Positions 52,692 through 64,000 of a stretch of 64,000 bases of DNA are shown piece after piece. The notes beneath the pieces were generated by a model. The model worked only from the letters and a program-made list of their open reading frames with translations, had not been told where the DNA came from and did no database searches. The stretch covers positions 36,582,001 through 36,646,000 of the forward strand of contig OZ249436.1 in the NCBI GenBank assembly GCA_965235115.1. Reading direction: 5' to 3'. Position 1 is the first letter of the stretch. Every line of letters begins with the position of its first letter. Made by a program: the position numbers and the translations under genes. The DNA is from Laetmonice hystrix. Taxonomy: Eukaryota.

Positions 52692-53195
52692 AGTGAGACA
52701 GGCAAGTAGGAATGAGGTGGTCAGGGAGACAGGGAGGTAGGACCGAGCTGGTTTTGTCAATGAGACAGGGAGGTATGACTGAGGTGGTTTTGTCAATGAG
52801 ACAGGGAGGTATGACTGAGGTGGTTTTGTCAATGAGACAGGGAGGTATGACTGAGGTGGTTTTGTCAATGAGACAGGGAGGTAGGACTGAAGTGGTTTTG
52901 TCAATGAGACAGGGAGGTATGACTGAGGTGGTTTTGTCAATGAGACAGGGAGGTATGACTGAGGTGGTATTGTCAATGAGACAGGGAGGTAGGACAGAGG
53001 TGGTTCTGTCAGGGAGACAGGGAAGCAGGACTGAGGTGGTTTTGTCAGTGAGACAGGGAGGTAGGACTGAGGTGGTTTTGTCAATGAGACAGGGAGGTAT
53101 GACTGAGGTGGTTTTGACAGGGAGACAGGACTGAGGTGTAAGTGTCAATGAGACAGGGAGGTAGGACTGAGGTGGTTTTGTCAATGAGACAGGTG
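52692..53195. repeat. Minisatellite with 36-bp unit (gagacagggaggtatgactgaggtggttttgtcaat), ~13 copies
   Basis: Direct periodicity, with 12-aa repeats in the overlapping ORF-track entries. Confidence 0.95.
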
Positions 53196-56100
53196 GTGTT
53201 GTCCGGGAGAAGTGGTGAGACAGGAAGGCATGACTGAGAAAGAAGACCTTAGTAATGATACAGGGATTTAAAACCCTGAGAAATGTTGTCGTTAACAGTG
53301 AGACAGCGAGGTATTACTGTGCTGTCGGCAATGCTGAGGTAGCGTTGTCGATGAAAAAGACAGATATAACGTATATTTACTGAGGTGGTGTTATCGTAGA
53401 GAAGAACTGCTATGAGGTCATCTGTGGGACATGGAACTCGTCTAGAGTTGGGATCATCAGGAAAACACCGAGGCAATACTGAGATGGCATATTCGATTAG
53501 ACAAGAAGACAATGCTGGTTATATAGGGTTATCAGTGAGGCGAAGGCTGTAGTGAGCTAGTGCTATAAATGGCAGGGGAAAACAGTGGTGGAATGGAGCT
53601 TTCAGGGAGACAATGCTAGCACGGTACTATGAGCACACCAGGGCGACATTAGTGGGATAGAACTGTCAATACAAACACGAACGTAGTATTCACACAGAGA
53701 TGCACACTATGTGCCACACACAGGCACAATACCGAAGGAGGTCTCCTCACCCCGGCTTGATGCAGTTATTCCAGTCGGCATCCTTACCACGTCATGAAGG
53801 AGAGCTTGCTCTTAGTCCGATTGATGAGGGTGATGTGGACTGGTCACCCTGTCGGCGGCCCTGACCCCTCTCTCACCCCACCACAGGGATAATCAGTTCA
53901 GTGAGCCGAGAGTGGCCTGGTGTGATCTGCTACCCAACAATCGCCACCTAAAGCCACCAGATCAACCTGCTAACGTCCACCTAAAGTAAAAACAGCAGAC
54001 TTTATTATATGAAGAACACCGTACTTATACGTTTATAGAAAACGGAATAGTCAGCACTGTAAGCGCATATGTAGCCCATCGAGTGGTGCAGTCTGGTCGT
54101 GTTGGGGCCATTTTATTTGGTAATCCCGTCCCATCTATTTGTGTCTGTTTTCTCAATTATTAGCCGTAGGTAGAAGTATTCGATGTGGCTAGGCTGATGG
54201 ATGTGGACCGTAATGGAGGACGGAACGCCAGCGCCACCCCCACTGAAATATTCTGATGGTGATGGCGGTGGCAGAGGGACGGGGGTGAGGGGCAGTAGGA
54301 ACAGGAGACCAGGCTGCAATCTGTGCCAGTAAAACGTGTCCTCGGGCCACAATAGATGGATCCCACAACAAATAAAGCATACAAATGATTGTTGCAGCAA
54401 GCATGGGAACAGCCCAGATGCCATTTGTAACAACGTTACATCGGTGAGGGGCGTAGCCTTAACCGTGGTTCTTGTCTCCATCAGCGTGGCCAGAATTGAG
54501 GGAATTGCCGCCCGCCAAGGCTAACCAGGTGGTAGGAGTGGCAGCCCCGGCAACCCAGGGTGGCTGGCAGCGGGCGGGAATGGATGGAGCAGATAAGGAA
54601 AGTCTTAGATCCCGGGATGTCGACCCTAAGTGGCGCGGCCCAGTCGGAGCCAGCAGCAGGAGCAGTGAGCTTCCTGACGGCTCCTACTGAGGCAGTAGAC
54701 AGCATCTTGTGAAAAATAAAACCACGAGATAAAGGAACCGGCTCCTTCGAGAACTCATCACTCCGGTGGAATCTGCTTCTAATTTGCCTGTCAGACGGGA
54801 ACGCATCAGTTGAAACCTTTCGGGATTTCTGGTCTTGATTTCATATGAAAAACGGTGGGTTTTCAAATCCAGGTGAAGTAAAGTTCTGTCATCACACTCG
54901 TTTTTTTAAGGATCACCTTTTCAATCTCACAGAAGAAAAAAACATCGACCTAAGAAATGAGGAACAGGTGTTGGGATGAAACGCTGTGATTTTATGCCCA
55001 GCTGTAAGAGTCTTGGAAAGGGAAATAGTCAACATTTCACCGAGGATAAACAGGTTGTTTATCATGAGGTCCTCACTACTGTAAACAAGCTGGCTTTGGT
55101 GATACTGTAAGGAAAGAAAAGGAGTAGGCGTTCAGTTAACAGGATGTGTGAAAGAGAGCAGCTTCAGCTGTAGAATAGTTAAAGTCAGTTGGTGACAGAA
55201 AATGACAAGAGGCCTGAGACAAGCAGAGGCCAAGAAAGGCAGGGGCCCACTGAAGAGAAAGAACCAATTTTGCCATCTAGGTCTTTACGCTCTTATAGTC
55301 AGCACCCCCTTCTTTGTATTATGGTCTGGAGGATCGGAAAACGGAGTAGGAGTAGAGAAAGAAGTAGGGATTGAATTCTGTAGTTGGGGATCTGGTAGTT
55401 GCTTTAGATGCTCTGAAGATGACACTCCCTGGCCAGGTGGATCTAGGTACTGTCCCACCTCAGATTTAAGCCTTAGTCTAGGTGGACCTTGAAACCAGCA
55501 CGTTTTGGTGACGTGCCGTATCGCTATTTGATAGAAATGGGTAGGTGTAGGTGGCAGCACGGCTACTCTTTGTCTTGTTTTCATTCGGTTTGTATGTGTT
55601 TCAAATCGGGTATGTTTCAAAGGGAAGACCGCCAGCAGCTCGTGTAGGATATAGGCCTACATGTACCTGTTCTTCTCTCTACGAGTTCCTCCTGATGGTA
55701 GGTAATCCTACTCCCCAGGTCAGGTTTATCATGAACTGTCTGTGCATTTACCTCAGACATGAGACTGAACAAGAGGAGTCCTTTTGCAAACAGTAACATA
55801 ATCCATATATTTGAGACCTAATAGAAGTTGCCTTATGTCTGATAATGTTAAGTTGTTTGGAGAAGAAATGACCAATATAAATGTTGAAAGCTCCCCTCCA
55901 CCCCCATCCCCCACCCACCCTACCCGTGTCTCAGTCGCAGGCTGATACAGATACTGAAGTAAGGTCGTGTAGACTGAACATGCTCCGTCAATTTGCGACA
56001 TGCCAGCCGGTGGTCGCAGCCGGGCGGCAGCCTCCCCCCAGCCACCACTGCTCGTTAATCTCAGGTAATTGATTCAGCAGCCACCATCGCCCAGGAGAGT

Positions 56101-58530
56101 ACCACGTCCAACACTGAAACAAATAGGTGTACACTGGAGAAGTACTTAGTGTGGCCTCCGCCCGGACAGGTAGCCACACCTGGCCAACAGGTGAGGTACA
56201 CTTGACACGGGAGATAAGGAGGCTTAAGTCGGTTCGGGACGCGAGACAGTGTGGGGAGACTGTCACTCATGTTCGGTGGGTTCGGGACCTGAGACAGATT
56301 CAGTGAACGAATGAACCGTTTACACAGCGGAGGAAGAATTTTGATTCCAAAACCCCAAACCCCGTTTTATACCCCCGCGTCCACGAGACATTGTAAGGGA
56401 CTCGAAAATATGAGTTTGATATTATCAATACTTGAGTGCGAGGTCCAGCTGGTTATTCGGCAGTTCGATGTAAACGTTCGAGGGATTCACAGGGAATGCT
56501 GACAATGAGAAGATATTGCTTGTTCAGCAACACCACGTGCCGTGTTATTGTTGTTGTGCATTGCACCACCGCACACAAACTGGGAGCCATTGACTCGCCT
56601 GTCTTGAAGGTTGTCTGCAGTATACCCGCTGTAAACCAACAAGAAGGTGGCCATTGTGTTGACTATAAACATTTCCAGTTGTCTTCCACAGTGGCCGGTG
56701 CCACCTGGCTGTCCTCCCAAAGAATGCTGACATCGCACGCCTTCAGTTCACCTGGTACGTGCTGTGTGTGGTCAATACAACATCCAGAAACTGTTCCCGA
56801 AATGTCCTGTGATACAGTGTCCTATCTAATGTGATACAGTGTCCTGTCTGACGCCAGCGCAATGCAGAGGGAGATCGACCAGCGGAACTTGTTATTGACG
56901 ACCGGGTTCAAGACAGAAGGTGGTATTTTTTTGTCAAATATGAGGAATTGATTTGGTTGTAATAGAGGCCTAGACGTACATGTTTGACGGGCCTAGTCAA
57001 GGAGGAGTATGAATGTATGGAAGCAAATACCATGCTTGTTATTCCACGATGTTGCCATCAGCTGGAAGGTGGCGACTGAAGGCTGCTTTCTGTTAACGTA
57101 TGTCCTCCCACTAAAAAAGTGGCCCAAAACAAGCAGGGCCAGCAAGGCTGACAGGCCGTCGTTATGGTGATAGAGCGCCAACGGCTGGCTCTAGACATGA
57201 TTTTTATACCGAGCGTGTCGTATCATAACGAGCTATATAACGGTAATACAGAGATCAGTGACGGAACCAGTCCTTATACAGTTGTCGGACCGTCATCCGC
57301 TGCCGTCACTGGTATCGTCAGCGGTAAGCGGGCAGTATAAGGTGTGGCCCTTTTGTTTGTAAACTGGGGGATACCGACTGGGGGAGGTGAGGGTTTGTAA
57401 ACAACACCTATCTGAAAACGTCGCAGGTGTCAAAATACCAGGTTTATTGGCTTTAAAAACTAGGCAGGGAGTGTGTAATCATCTCACCTGTCTTCGCATG
57501 TTGGATAGTATATTAGTCGAATGTTTTTTGTGGGTTTTTTTTGGTGCCACCCTAAATCGGATTTATCGTGAAAGTTGATGTCAACTCCAAAAAGTTCTAC
57601 AATCGTCATTCTTAAAACACATTTAAATGATGATTTTGGGGTATATTTTTTTTCCTTGTGAAATTTGGAGGCAAAATCGGATATTTTCTATTAAATTGAA
57701 AAAGACGATCATCTTTTATCCGGGTTGCTTTGATTTTTTGGTCATTAGTTTCAGCAAAACGATGATATTATGTACCTTACAAGAAGAATATATCTTATCT
57801 GTGATACACGTTGGCCACTAATTGGATAGTCATACGAGGGTCGTATAATTAGAGGGAGAAGTATTTTCCAATACTTCCTGCACATTGTCGTGTTCTAACT
57901 TCCCTTAGTTTATGTAAAGGTGATCGGTAAGAACGAACGCCCCAGTATGACGTATTATATCTGGATATCAGAGTTGTTAGAGTGCTGCTTTAAAGTTAGT
58001 AACATGATGTCAAAACGTTGACAGAACAAAAAGATACCTTTATTTGAACCTTCAGATCAGCCCTTGCTGCCAATACGACAGGATTTCTCTTATTGTGTCG
58101 TGATTTGAGATGGTGCTGGTGTAATTCTCACCTACAACTGGATGGCTGCCCAGATTGCCCCTAGCAACACGAGGAACATCATCAATACCAGCATAATATA
58201 CACAGCCCAACACTCTCTAGTCGGCATGCAAGGTCTAGTGTCCAGCAACATTTTGCCAACACTAAACTGGGATACAAAACAAGATACAACCTGTATCTAG
58301 CAGGTTAGGGTTGGACACAGCGTCAGAATATCAAACCAAAACAGCTCCGGGGTCATCCTCCCTTTGCTAAGATTTAACAGACAAGGTTATTCCGCTCAGG
58401 CTTAAAGCATAAAGCAAAACTGAGGATCAGAGTGTAAGGTGTCGGAAACTAGGGCCCATGTCCACCAGTTTAAATACTCAGGGAATGCTCGAGTGCAGAC
58501 TCACATAATTAAAGCCTGGATTATGGAGTT

Positions 58531-58553
58531 AGGCTCAGGCTCAGGATCAGGCC

Positions 58554-58624
<71 letters not shown>

Positions 58625-58692
58625 CCAGGCCCAGGCCCAGGCCCAGGCCCAGGCCCAGGCCCAGGCCCAGGCCCAGGCCCAGGCCCAGGCTC
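58531..58692. repeat. Compound hexanucleotide microsatellite (AGGCTC)n(AGGCCC)n, 27 units
   Basis: Read directly from the sequence. Confidence 0.97.
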
Positions 58693-60524
58693 AAGCTGAG
58701 ATAATGGACCCACATTAAATCAGGCTCTGAATACGAAGCCACAGTGTATGAAGCTCTGGTTAAAAGCATGAAGCCACAGTAACCGAGACTGGAGGATTAA
58801 GCGAGGTCGACCGATCCATACAGCTGGTTGCAGGAGTACCAAACAGCCTAGCTTCCCACGATCAATATAGTTGCTGGCCTATAATCACAAGAAGATTGCC
58901 TCTGTAGTTTCACTTGCGACAGTGCATGGAGAGTGCCAAAACCGATGGTTGCTTGTAGCGGTTCCCAACAAGGGCCAGGAGACGACAGTGGGGGGAAGAA
59001 TTGATGTCATCGCAGCGTTGAAGTTCGATGCTTTTGTAAGGGTGGATTAGGATTATCAGGATTATCTTTCGACAGGTTGTGCAGAATGACCAGGTCGACT
59101 GAAACCTGTGGTCAAATTTCCCTGAAGTTTTACTTGCCGTGTTGGTTAAATACATCCACCGTACCAATTTTTCGGAAGAAGATCATAGATCTCGAACAAA
59201 ATTGAATGTCATTGTCATGAAAAGAACTTGTTCAGTTGTTGTTTCGAAAAAAGAGGGTTGAAAATACTGAGATGGATAGAGAAGGCAGGTTCCTGAAATG
59301 CAAACACGAGGGGAGATAGACGACTCCTAACATCTTTTACAGGCCTGTTTTCATCCCAGGTTTATTTCCACGAAAATATTCAAACCGATTTTATGCGCTG
59401 GCTGGCCAATTCTGACGCCGACAGTTTTCATCCACTTTTGAGACATTGGGATCTTGACCTGGTTCCTGGAGGAGCCGCATGATGGCGCGGTATTTCCAAT
59501 TTCGTGATTGACGAGGCCTCCCAACCTCTTCCTCCTCCTGCTCCTCCTCTTCCCGGAAAAAGCCTCAGTGTTGAAGGAAGCTCAGAGTAGGGCTTCATGA
59601 AACACTGGGGAAATTGGGTCTTTTTGTGTTTGTTCAGTGACATAAAGAAACCCCGAATGTAAAAGGTTTGGTTATGCCAGTAGGAATGAGTGGGGGACAA
59701 GAGAGATGGGCACCGGTAAGATTGTGAGGTTGTGCTGTCGGAGGGCGGGCGCATGCCTGTCGAGCCGGCGGTCCGGGAGGCGGGTCTGTGGGTGTGGGTG
59801 TGTGGGTGCGAGCCCCTGGCCCGGCGAACCTCCACTATCTTGGTCCCATCCTGATTCTGTCTGGAGTAATGGCCCGAGGCCTGCTGATTTATGCCATCAT
59901 AGAATGGGCTGCCAACAAATTAACTTGGGACTCTGTGCTGGGATGCCAGTCAAGGGTGCCGGGATGAGGCTGGGGCCGGGATTATCAGGATCCGCCAGGA
60001 TCAGCCTAATGGCCGGCCACAGATGGTCCGGATTGATGTGATCAGGGATTGGAAGGGCCCCCGCTTCACAACGAGTAGGCGGCGGCACGCTGACAGCGCG
60101 CTGGTGGTAACGGTTGTTATGACCCGTGTAACCATCTTACTACCCAGCCACGGGTCGTCACTACTCACTACCTCCAAACGGGCGAATCTACTCAACCCAT
60201 TTGTAAAGACTACCTGCTCTAGGGTCCTTTGTCCCACCCCTCCCTCCGACCAATTCCCAGCGACGGGCCGACTGATTAAATCTTGATGCGCACATTCTGA
60301 TAAAGCATTCTGAGCAGTAGACATTGTTACAAACATTCTTCCACTTCTGGATTGTCCCGATGTCTGACTCACTGGACCACTTGGGATGCCAGATCTGGGT
60401 GTCCAACCGAAGTTGAAATTGCAGGCGACCCAGTATGGACCAAAGGTTGTACGTTACACAATGGTAAATGCCCGCTGGCTGAGTGACCTTTGTTTACCGT
60501 TGGTATACCGTGCATATGTTGTAG

Positions 60525-60601
60525 GATCCACAAGCCAGTTACGACGTGAACGGCCATGATCCCGACCCCCAACCTAGGTATGACTACACCAATGAGAACA
60601 G
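60525..60601 (+). CDS. FURIN: Furin-like convertase exon (DPQASYDVNGHDPDPQPRYDYTNEN-R)
   Basis: Acceptor gttgtag ends at 60524 and donor AG|gtatgt starts at 60602. The exon is 77 nt, phase 0 to 2, and carries the DP.ASYDVN..DPDPQPRY motif of furin. It is absent from the ORF track. Confidence 0.96.
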
Positions 60602-60959
60602 GTATGTGGCTTCATACATCTAGAAATGTTTTCACTTCTAGAATCTGAGTAATTTAAGTAGGCCCCTAAAATTTAAAGGAATTAACTCCTAGATTATTAT
60701 TTTGATTTCTTTGTCCTAAAAGTCTGCCAGTTTCTATGTCCGTTTTTTTTTTATATTCAATGCAGCGTCATGCATATTAATCACAAATTCAGAACAGTTT
60801 TCAAGGCATACGTAAGGGCAAACGGGTGGTGTATAAGGTAAACATCGGGTCGTAAATCGCAACCAAAGTAACAGTAAGTGTATCATTTGTATGCATTGTG
60901 GCACCTTTGTTCGAAGTAGAATTAGATAAAGAAAGGCGTGTGCCTTGTGGTTATTTCAG

Positions 60960-61048
60960 GCACGGAACACGGTGTGCGGGAGAGGTAGCTGCTGAGGCTA
61001 ACAATGGAATCTGCAGTGTGGGTGTTGCCTACAATGCCAGGATCGGAG
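60960..61048 (+). CDS. FURIN: Furin-like convertase exon containing the catalytic His ([11 protein letters not shown])
   Basis: Acceptor ttatttcag ends at 60959 and donor G|gtgagt starts at 61049. The exon is 89 nt, phase 2 to 1, and encodes [29 protein letters not shown](G). Confidence 0.97.
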
Positions 61049-62188
61049 GTGAGTGTCACCAACTACCACCTGTCTCTATAGATTAATCAAACATTCTACC
61101 TTCCGGAGCTGTGCAAATGCTGCTGCAGCAATTGTTCGTTTCTTTTGTGATATTTTAATTTCAACGGTGGAGTGGTTTCTAAGTGGTGATGGTAAATTAT
61201 AAGTTGTATAAAATTGATAAAAACGCATGCATCAAAGAGCATCAAAGGTGCTGGTGAGCGACCGTTAGCGGGGACAGGACTCGGTAGACTGTCTGTTGAA
61301 ATATGTCTAAGTGGGGCTTTACTTTGATGGACAGACGTCTCCATGTCGTTCCAAAAATTGACCAACTGCTTTACCTTCTTATTTGATGCTGTGGTATCAA
61401 TAGTATATAATCTATACAAATAATGTACTGTCACTTGAACAGCAGAGATGTGGTAACTTTGTCACGGGTTATACTGTTTCAATGTTGACAATGTGCGTAA
61501 TCGACAATATTGTCAGGTAAATAAAAACATTGTCCAGAGTGCGTTTACACCCGAACAATTCGTTCCCACGTCAAGATTACACTACCCTTTCTCTGCCTTG
61601 AGCCAAATTGGCCACTTAGCCAAAGACAGGGTAGGCTTAGGGTTGGTTTTACCCACGCCAGACTGATGCACGCAAGCTTGGAGAGGAGAGGAGAAAAGCT
61701 AATTTGCTAAAGCCATGGATTATACCTGACATTTCACTAAAGATGTTGCGCATCTAGTAATGGAGACGGGTCCTTGTACTCGTACACATACAGCCGCCAG
61801 GAACCGCGAATAGCTTTTGCCCAAATTGATAGACCTTTGGGCGTATCTGTCAGACCTTACTAAAAGTACTGGTACTATTCGTTTTTATGTCATGGACAAA
61901 TATTTGATCAGCACTTTGGAAAGAGATTTGGTGAATGCGAGTTGTTAGCCGTTTGCCTTTAATTAGATTGTACAGGATGTAGGTTCTATTATATTCGGTT
62001 CTGAAAGATTAGAATATAATATTCTTATTACTGGTAAATTACGAGAGTACACAGCAGGGCTGTTGTGTCGAGTGCGTCTCGTCACGGACGAGTGGTTACA
62101 TGAGTTGTAGTGGTCAGGGTCCGAGGAGCGACTGGTCATTCTGGCCTTGTTCTCCGCTGACAAACAACGTGGTTTCTGCTCCCTCAGA

Positions 62189-62666
62189 ATGGACGAAGAA
62201 CGATTTTTGCAGCTCTTGGACGCCAAGTTAGATAGTAAAATCGACGGACTAAAAAGGGAGTTGGCCGAAGAGAATAAGTCTGAAAACGCCAGACTATTGA
62301 AGAAATTTAAGCCAGTACACGAATTTCGGAAGAAAGGGCACAAAGTGCAATGGGAGTTCAACACGTCCGTGAAAGACACCATAAACGAGGCGTGTAGAGC
62401 AGTAGAGGTCAGTAGCAAGAGCGAGAGGCGGTAGAAGAGCGTTTTCGGCGGGGCGAGGTTTCGTTCAGGGAGGCACTGAATTTCCTTCTGCCGGAGGTCC
62501 ATTTCAAGGCGGACGCGGTTTCTTCCGAGGTCAACGAGGAGCACTCGGGCGTGGCATGCAGCAGTCAGGCCAAGCGTGGCCCGGCAATTGTTTCTTGTGC
62601 GGAGAAGAAGGGCATTGGAGGATTTCATGTCCAAGAAATAGGCCTAAGGCGGACGGCGCAGTGTGA
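62189..62666 (+). pseudogene. Disrupted gag-like ORF of the DIRS-type element
   Basis: MDEERFLQLLDAKLDSKI...EFRKKGHKVQWEFN starts at ATG 62189 and stops at 62434. An RG-rich tail with CFLCGEEGHWRISC (CX2CX4HX4C, from 62589) lies in a different frame, open 62406-62666. This implies a frameshift or deletion near 62405-62410. Confidence 0.75.
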
Positions 62667-64000
62667 GCGGCATAACACGAAATATCAGGTGACGGAATGC
62701 TTTTGCGCTAACTCATTGGGTTCTGGTAGCGAAGATTTGTTTGAGATAGAACTAAATCAACAAGCAGAAAAAGTAAAAGGTTCTCTTAAGAGCAAATTAG
62801 ACTGGTGGAGCGCAAATATTGCGGACAGTAACGTAATTGAAATAATCAAGGACGGATATAAGATCCCTTTCATAGATTTGCCATGTTCGGTTGAACTTAA
62901 AAATAACAAATCTGCTCGTGATAATATTGAATTTGTTCGAGAAGCTGTTGATGAGTTGTATAATACTGGCAGGGTGGTACTGTGTAACTCAAAGCCTAAG
63001 GTGGTGAGTCCTCTAACTGTGTCAGTCAGCAGTAAAGGTAAGAAAAGGCTGGTTCTCGACCTTAGGCACATAAACAAGGCTATTTGGCATGACAAAAGAA
63101 AATATGAAGGTATAAAGACTTTTCTCAAGTATGCGGTTAAAGATGGATATATGATTTCCTTTGATTTAAAATCAGGTTATCACCACGTGGATATTTTTGA
63201 TAAGCACCAAGAGTATCTTGGATTCGCTGTGGACTATGCAGGGGGTAAGCGCTATTACAAATTCACAGTGTTGCCATTTGGTATGGTGTCATCAGGGTCG
63301 GTGTTTACAGATGTAGTTAAGGCAATCGTTACATTTCTAAGAAAGTTAAATTGTTGTCTAGTGGCATTTTTAGATGATGGCATTTGTGTGAGTAATTCCA
63401 GGCTCGAAGCGGAGGAGCGGTCGAAGATCATCATTGCCACGTTCAGTAAAGCGGGTTTCGTTATCAACTGGGAAAAGTCACAGTTTAGACCCGTCCAACG
63501 ATTGAAATGGTTGGGTTTTATATTTGATTTGAATCAAGGCATTGTTGATGTGGATATATGCAAATTGAATAATGTCCTGGCAGAAGTGAGGTCTCTAAAA
63601 TCATCCTTTTGGCCGACAACAAGATATATGGCATCAGTAGTGGGAAAAATTACAGCATTACATCCCGCATTTGGCGACATCGTGTATGTGATGACGAAGG
63701 CAATTCAGCAGGACATTGCAGGTAGAGCGTTTTGGGATCAAAGAGGAAGTTGGTCGCAAAAAACAGTTGAGAGCTTGGAATTTTGGGAAGAGAGATTGCT
63801 TAATATGCCTAAAGTAAAGCTGTTTGAAAAGTTGACTTATACAAGGATTGTTTACTCTGATGCAAGTGACAAAGGTTGTGGCGGTTTCATCACAGACATT
63901 AACGGTTCAGAGACATTTGTTAGGTGGAGTGAAGAAGAAAAGACCAAAAGCTCCACATGGAGGGAGTTTCAAACTGTCGTGTTGTTATGTCAGGCAATGA
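62416..64000 (+). CDS. Reverse transcriptase-RNase H (pol) of the DIRS-type retrotransposon, 3'-partial
   Basis: Stop-free frame from 62416 to the window end, missed by the ORF track because it has no stop. Motifs include VKGSLKSKLDWW..IIKDGYKIPF, KKRLVLDLRHIN, FDLKSGYHHV, FTVLPFG, AFLDDG (FLDD at 63367-63378), GFVINWEKS, WLGF, and RNase H YSDAS (63853) and SSTWRE. Confidence 0.93.

Larger units (their letters stand above)
4914..61048 (+). other. FURIN: Partial multi-exon gene model: furin-like proprotein convertase (4 coding exons; gene extends beyond both window ends)
   Basis: Joining the four exons at canonical AG/GT sites gives an uninterrupted frame: [129 protein letters not shown]. This matches furin prodomain-end and catalytic-domain motifs. 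Intron phases 0, 0, 2, 1 are mutually consistent. Confidence 0.95.
61570..64000 (+). mobile_element. DIRS-order (tyrosine-recombinase) retrotransposon, 5' part; left boundary approximate, cut off by the window end
   Basis: A gag-like region with a CCHC knuckle is followed by an overlapping RT-RNase H frame, with no protease between them. The RT/RH motifs are of DIRS type. The tyrosine recombinase ORF and terminal repeats are not visible in the window. Confidence 0.85.

Noticed and set aside
58439..58769. GS/GP, PE and LS-repeat ORFs
   Set aside because: Translations of the hexamer microsatellite.
61963..62634. 223-aa ORF antisense to gag
   Set aside because: Probably a shadow ORF of the sense coding region; no tyrosine-recombinase or other motif.
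1..64000. tRNA, rRNA, snRNA or tRNA-derived SINE
   Set aside because: No convincing cloverleaf, A/B-box pair or rRNA-like tract seen by eye. A covariance-model search (tRNAscan-SE or Infernal) would be needed to exclude them.

Overview
Animal (metazoan, most likely invertebrate) genomic DNA, not prokaryotic. The window lies inside one + strand gene encoding a furin-like proprotein convertase (S8B/kexin family). Four coding exons are clear: 4914-5003, 48934-49062, 60525-60601 and 60960-61048. They encode the end of the prodomain with the RVKR autocleavage site, the catalytic Asp and the catalytic His, and are separated by GT-AG introns of 43,930, 11,462 and 358 nt. The 5' and 3' exons are outside the window or were not recognised. 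The introns hold several minisatellites (32, 29, 92, ~53 and 36 bp units), a 2,049-bp non-autonomous DNA transposon with 52-bp CAC-ended TIRs and a 5-bp TSD, a Helentron-type (HINE/DINE-1-like) element, two MITEs, and the 5' part of a DIRS-order retrotransposon whose RT-RNase H frame runs open off the right edge. The most interesting signal is at 30397, inside the 44-kb intron. It has the layout of a recursive splice site (branch, pyrimidine tract, CAG|GTAGGT) followed by a 39-nt in-frame exon. If that exon were included it would create a new R-S-R-R furin cleavage motif in furin itself. Two minisatellite arrays about 3.8 kb apart also share a core sequence in inverted orientation. Almost all entries in the ORF track are chance or repeat-derived.
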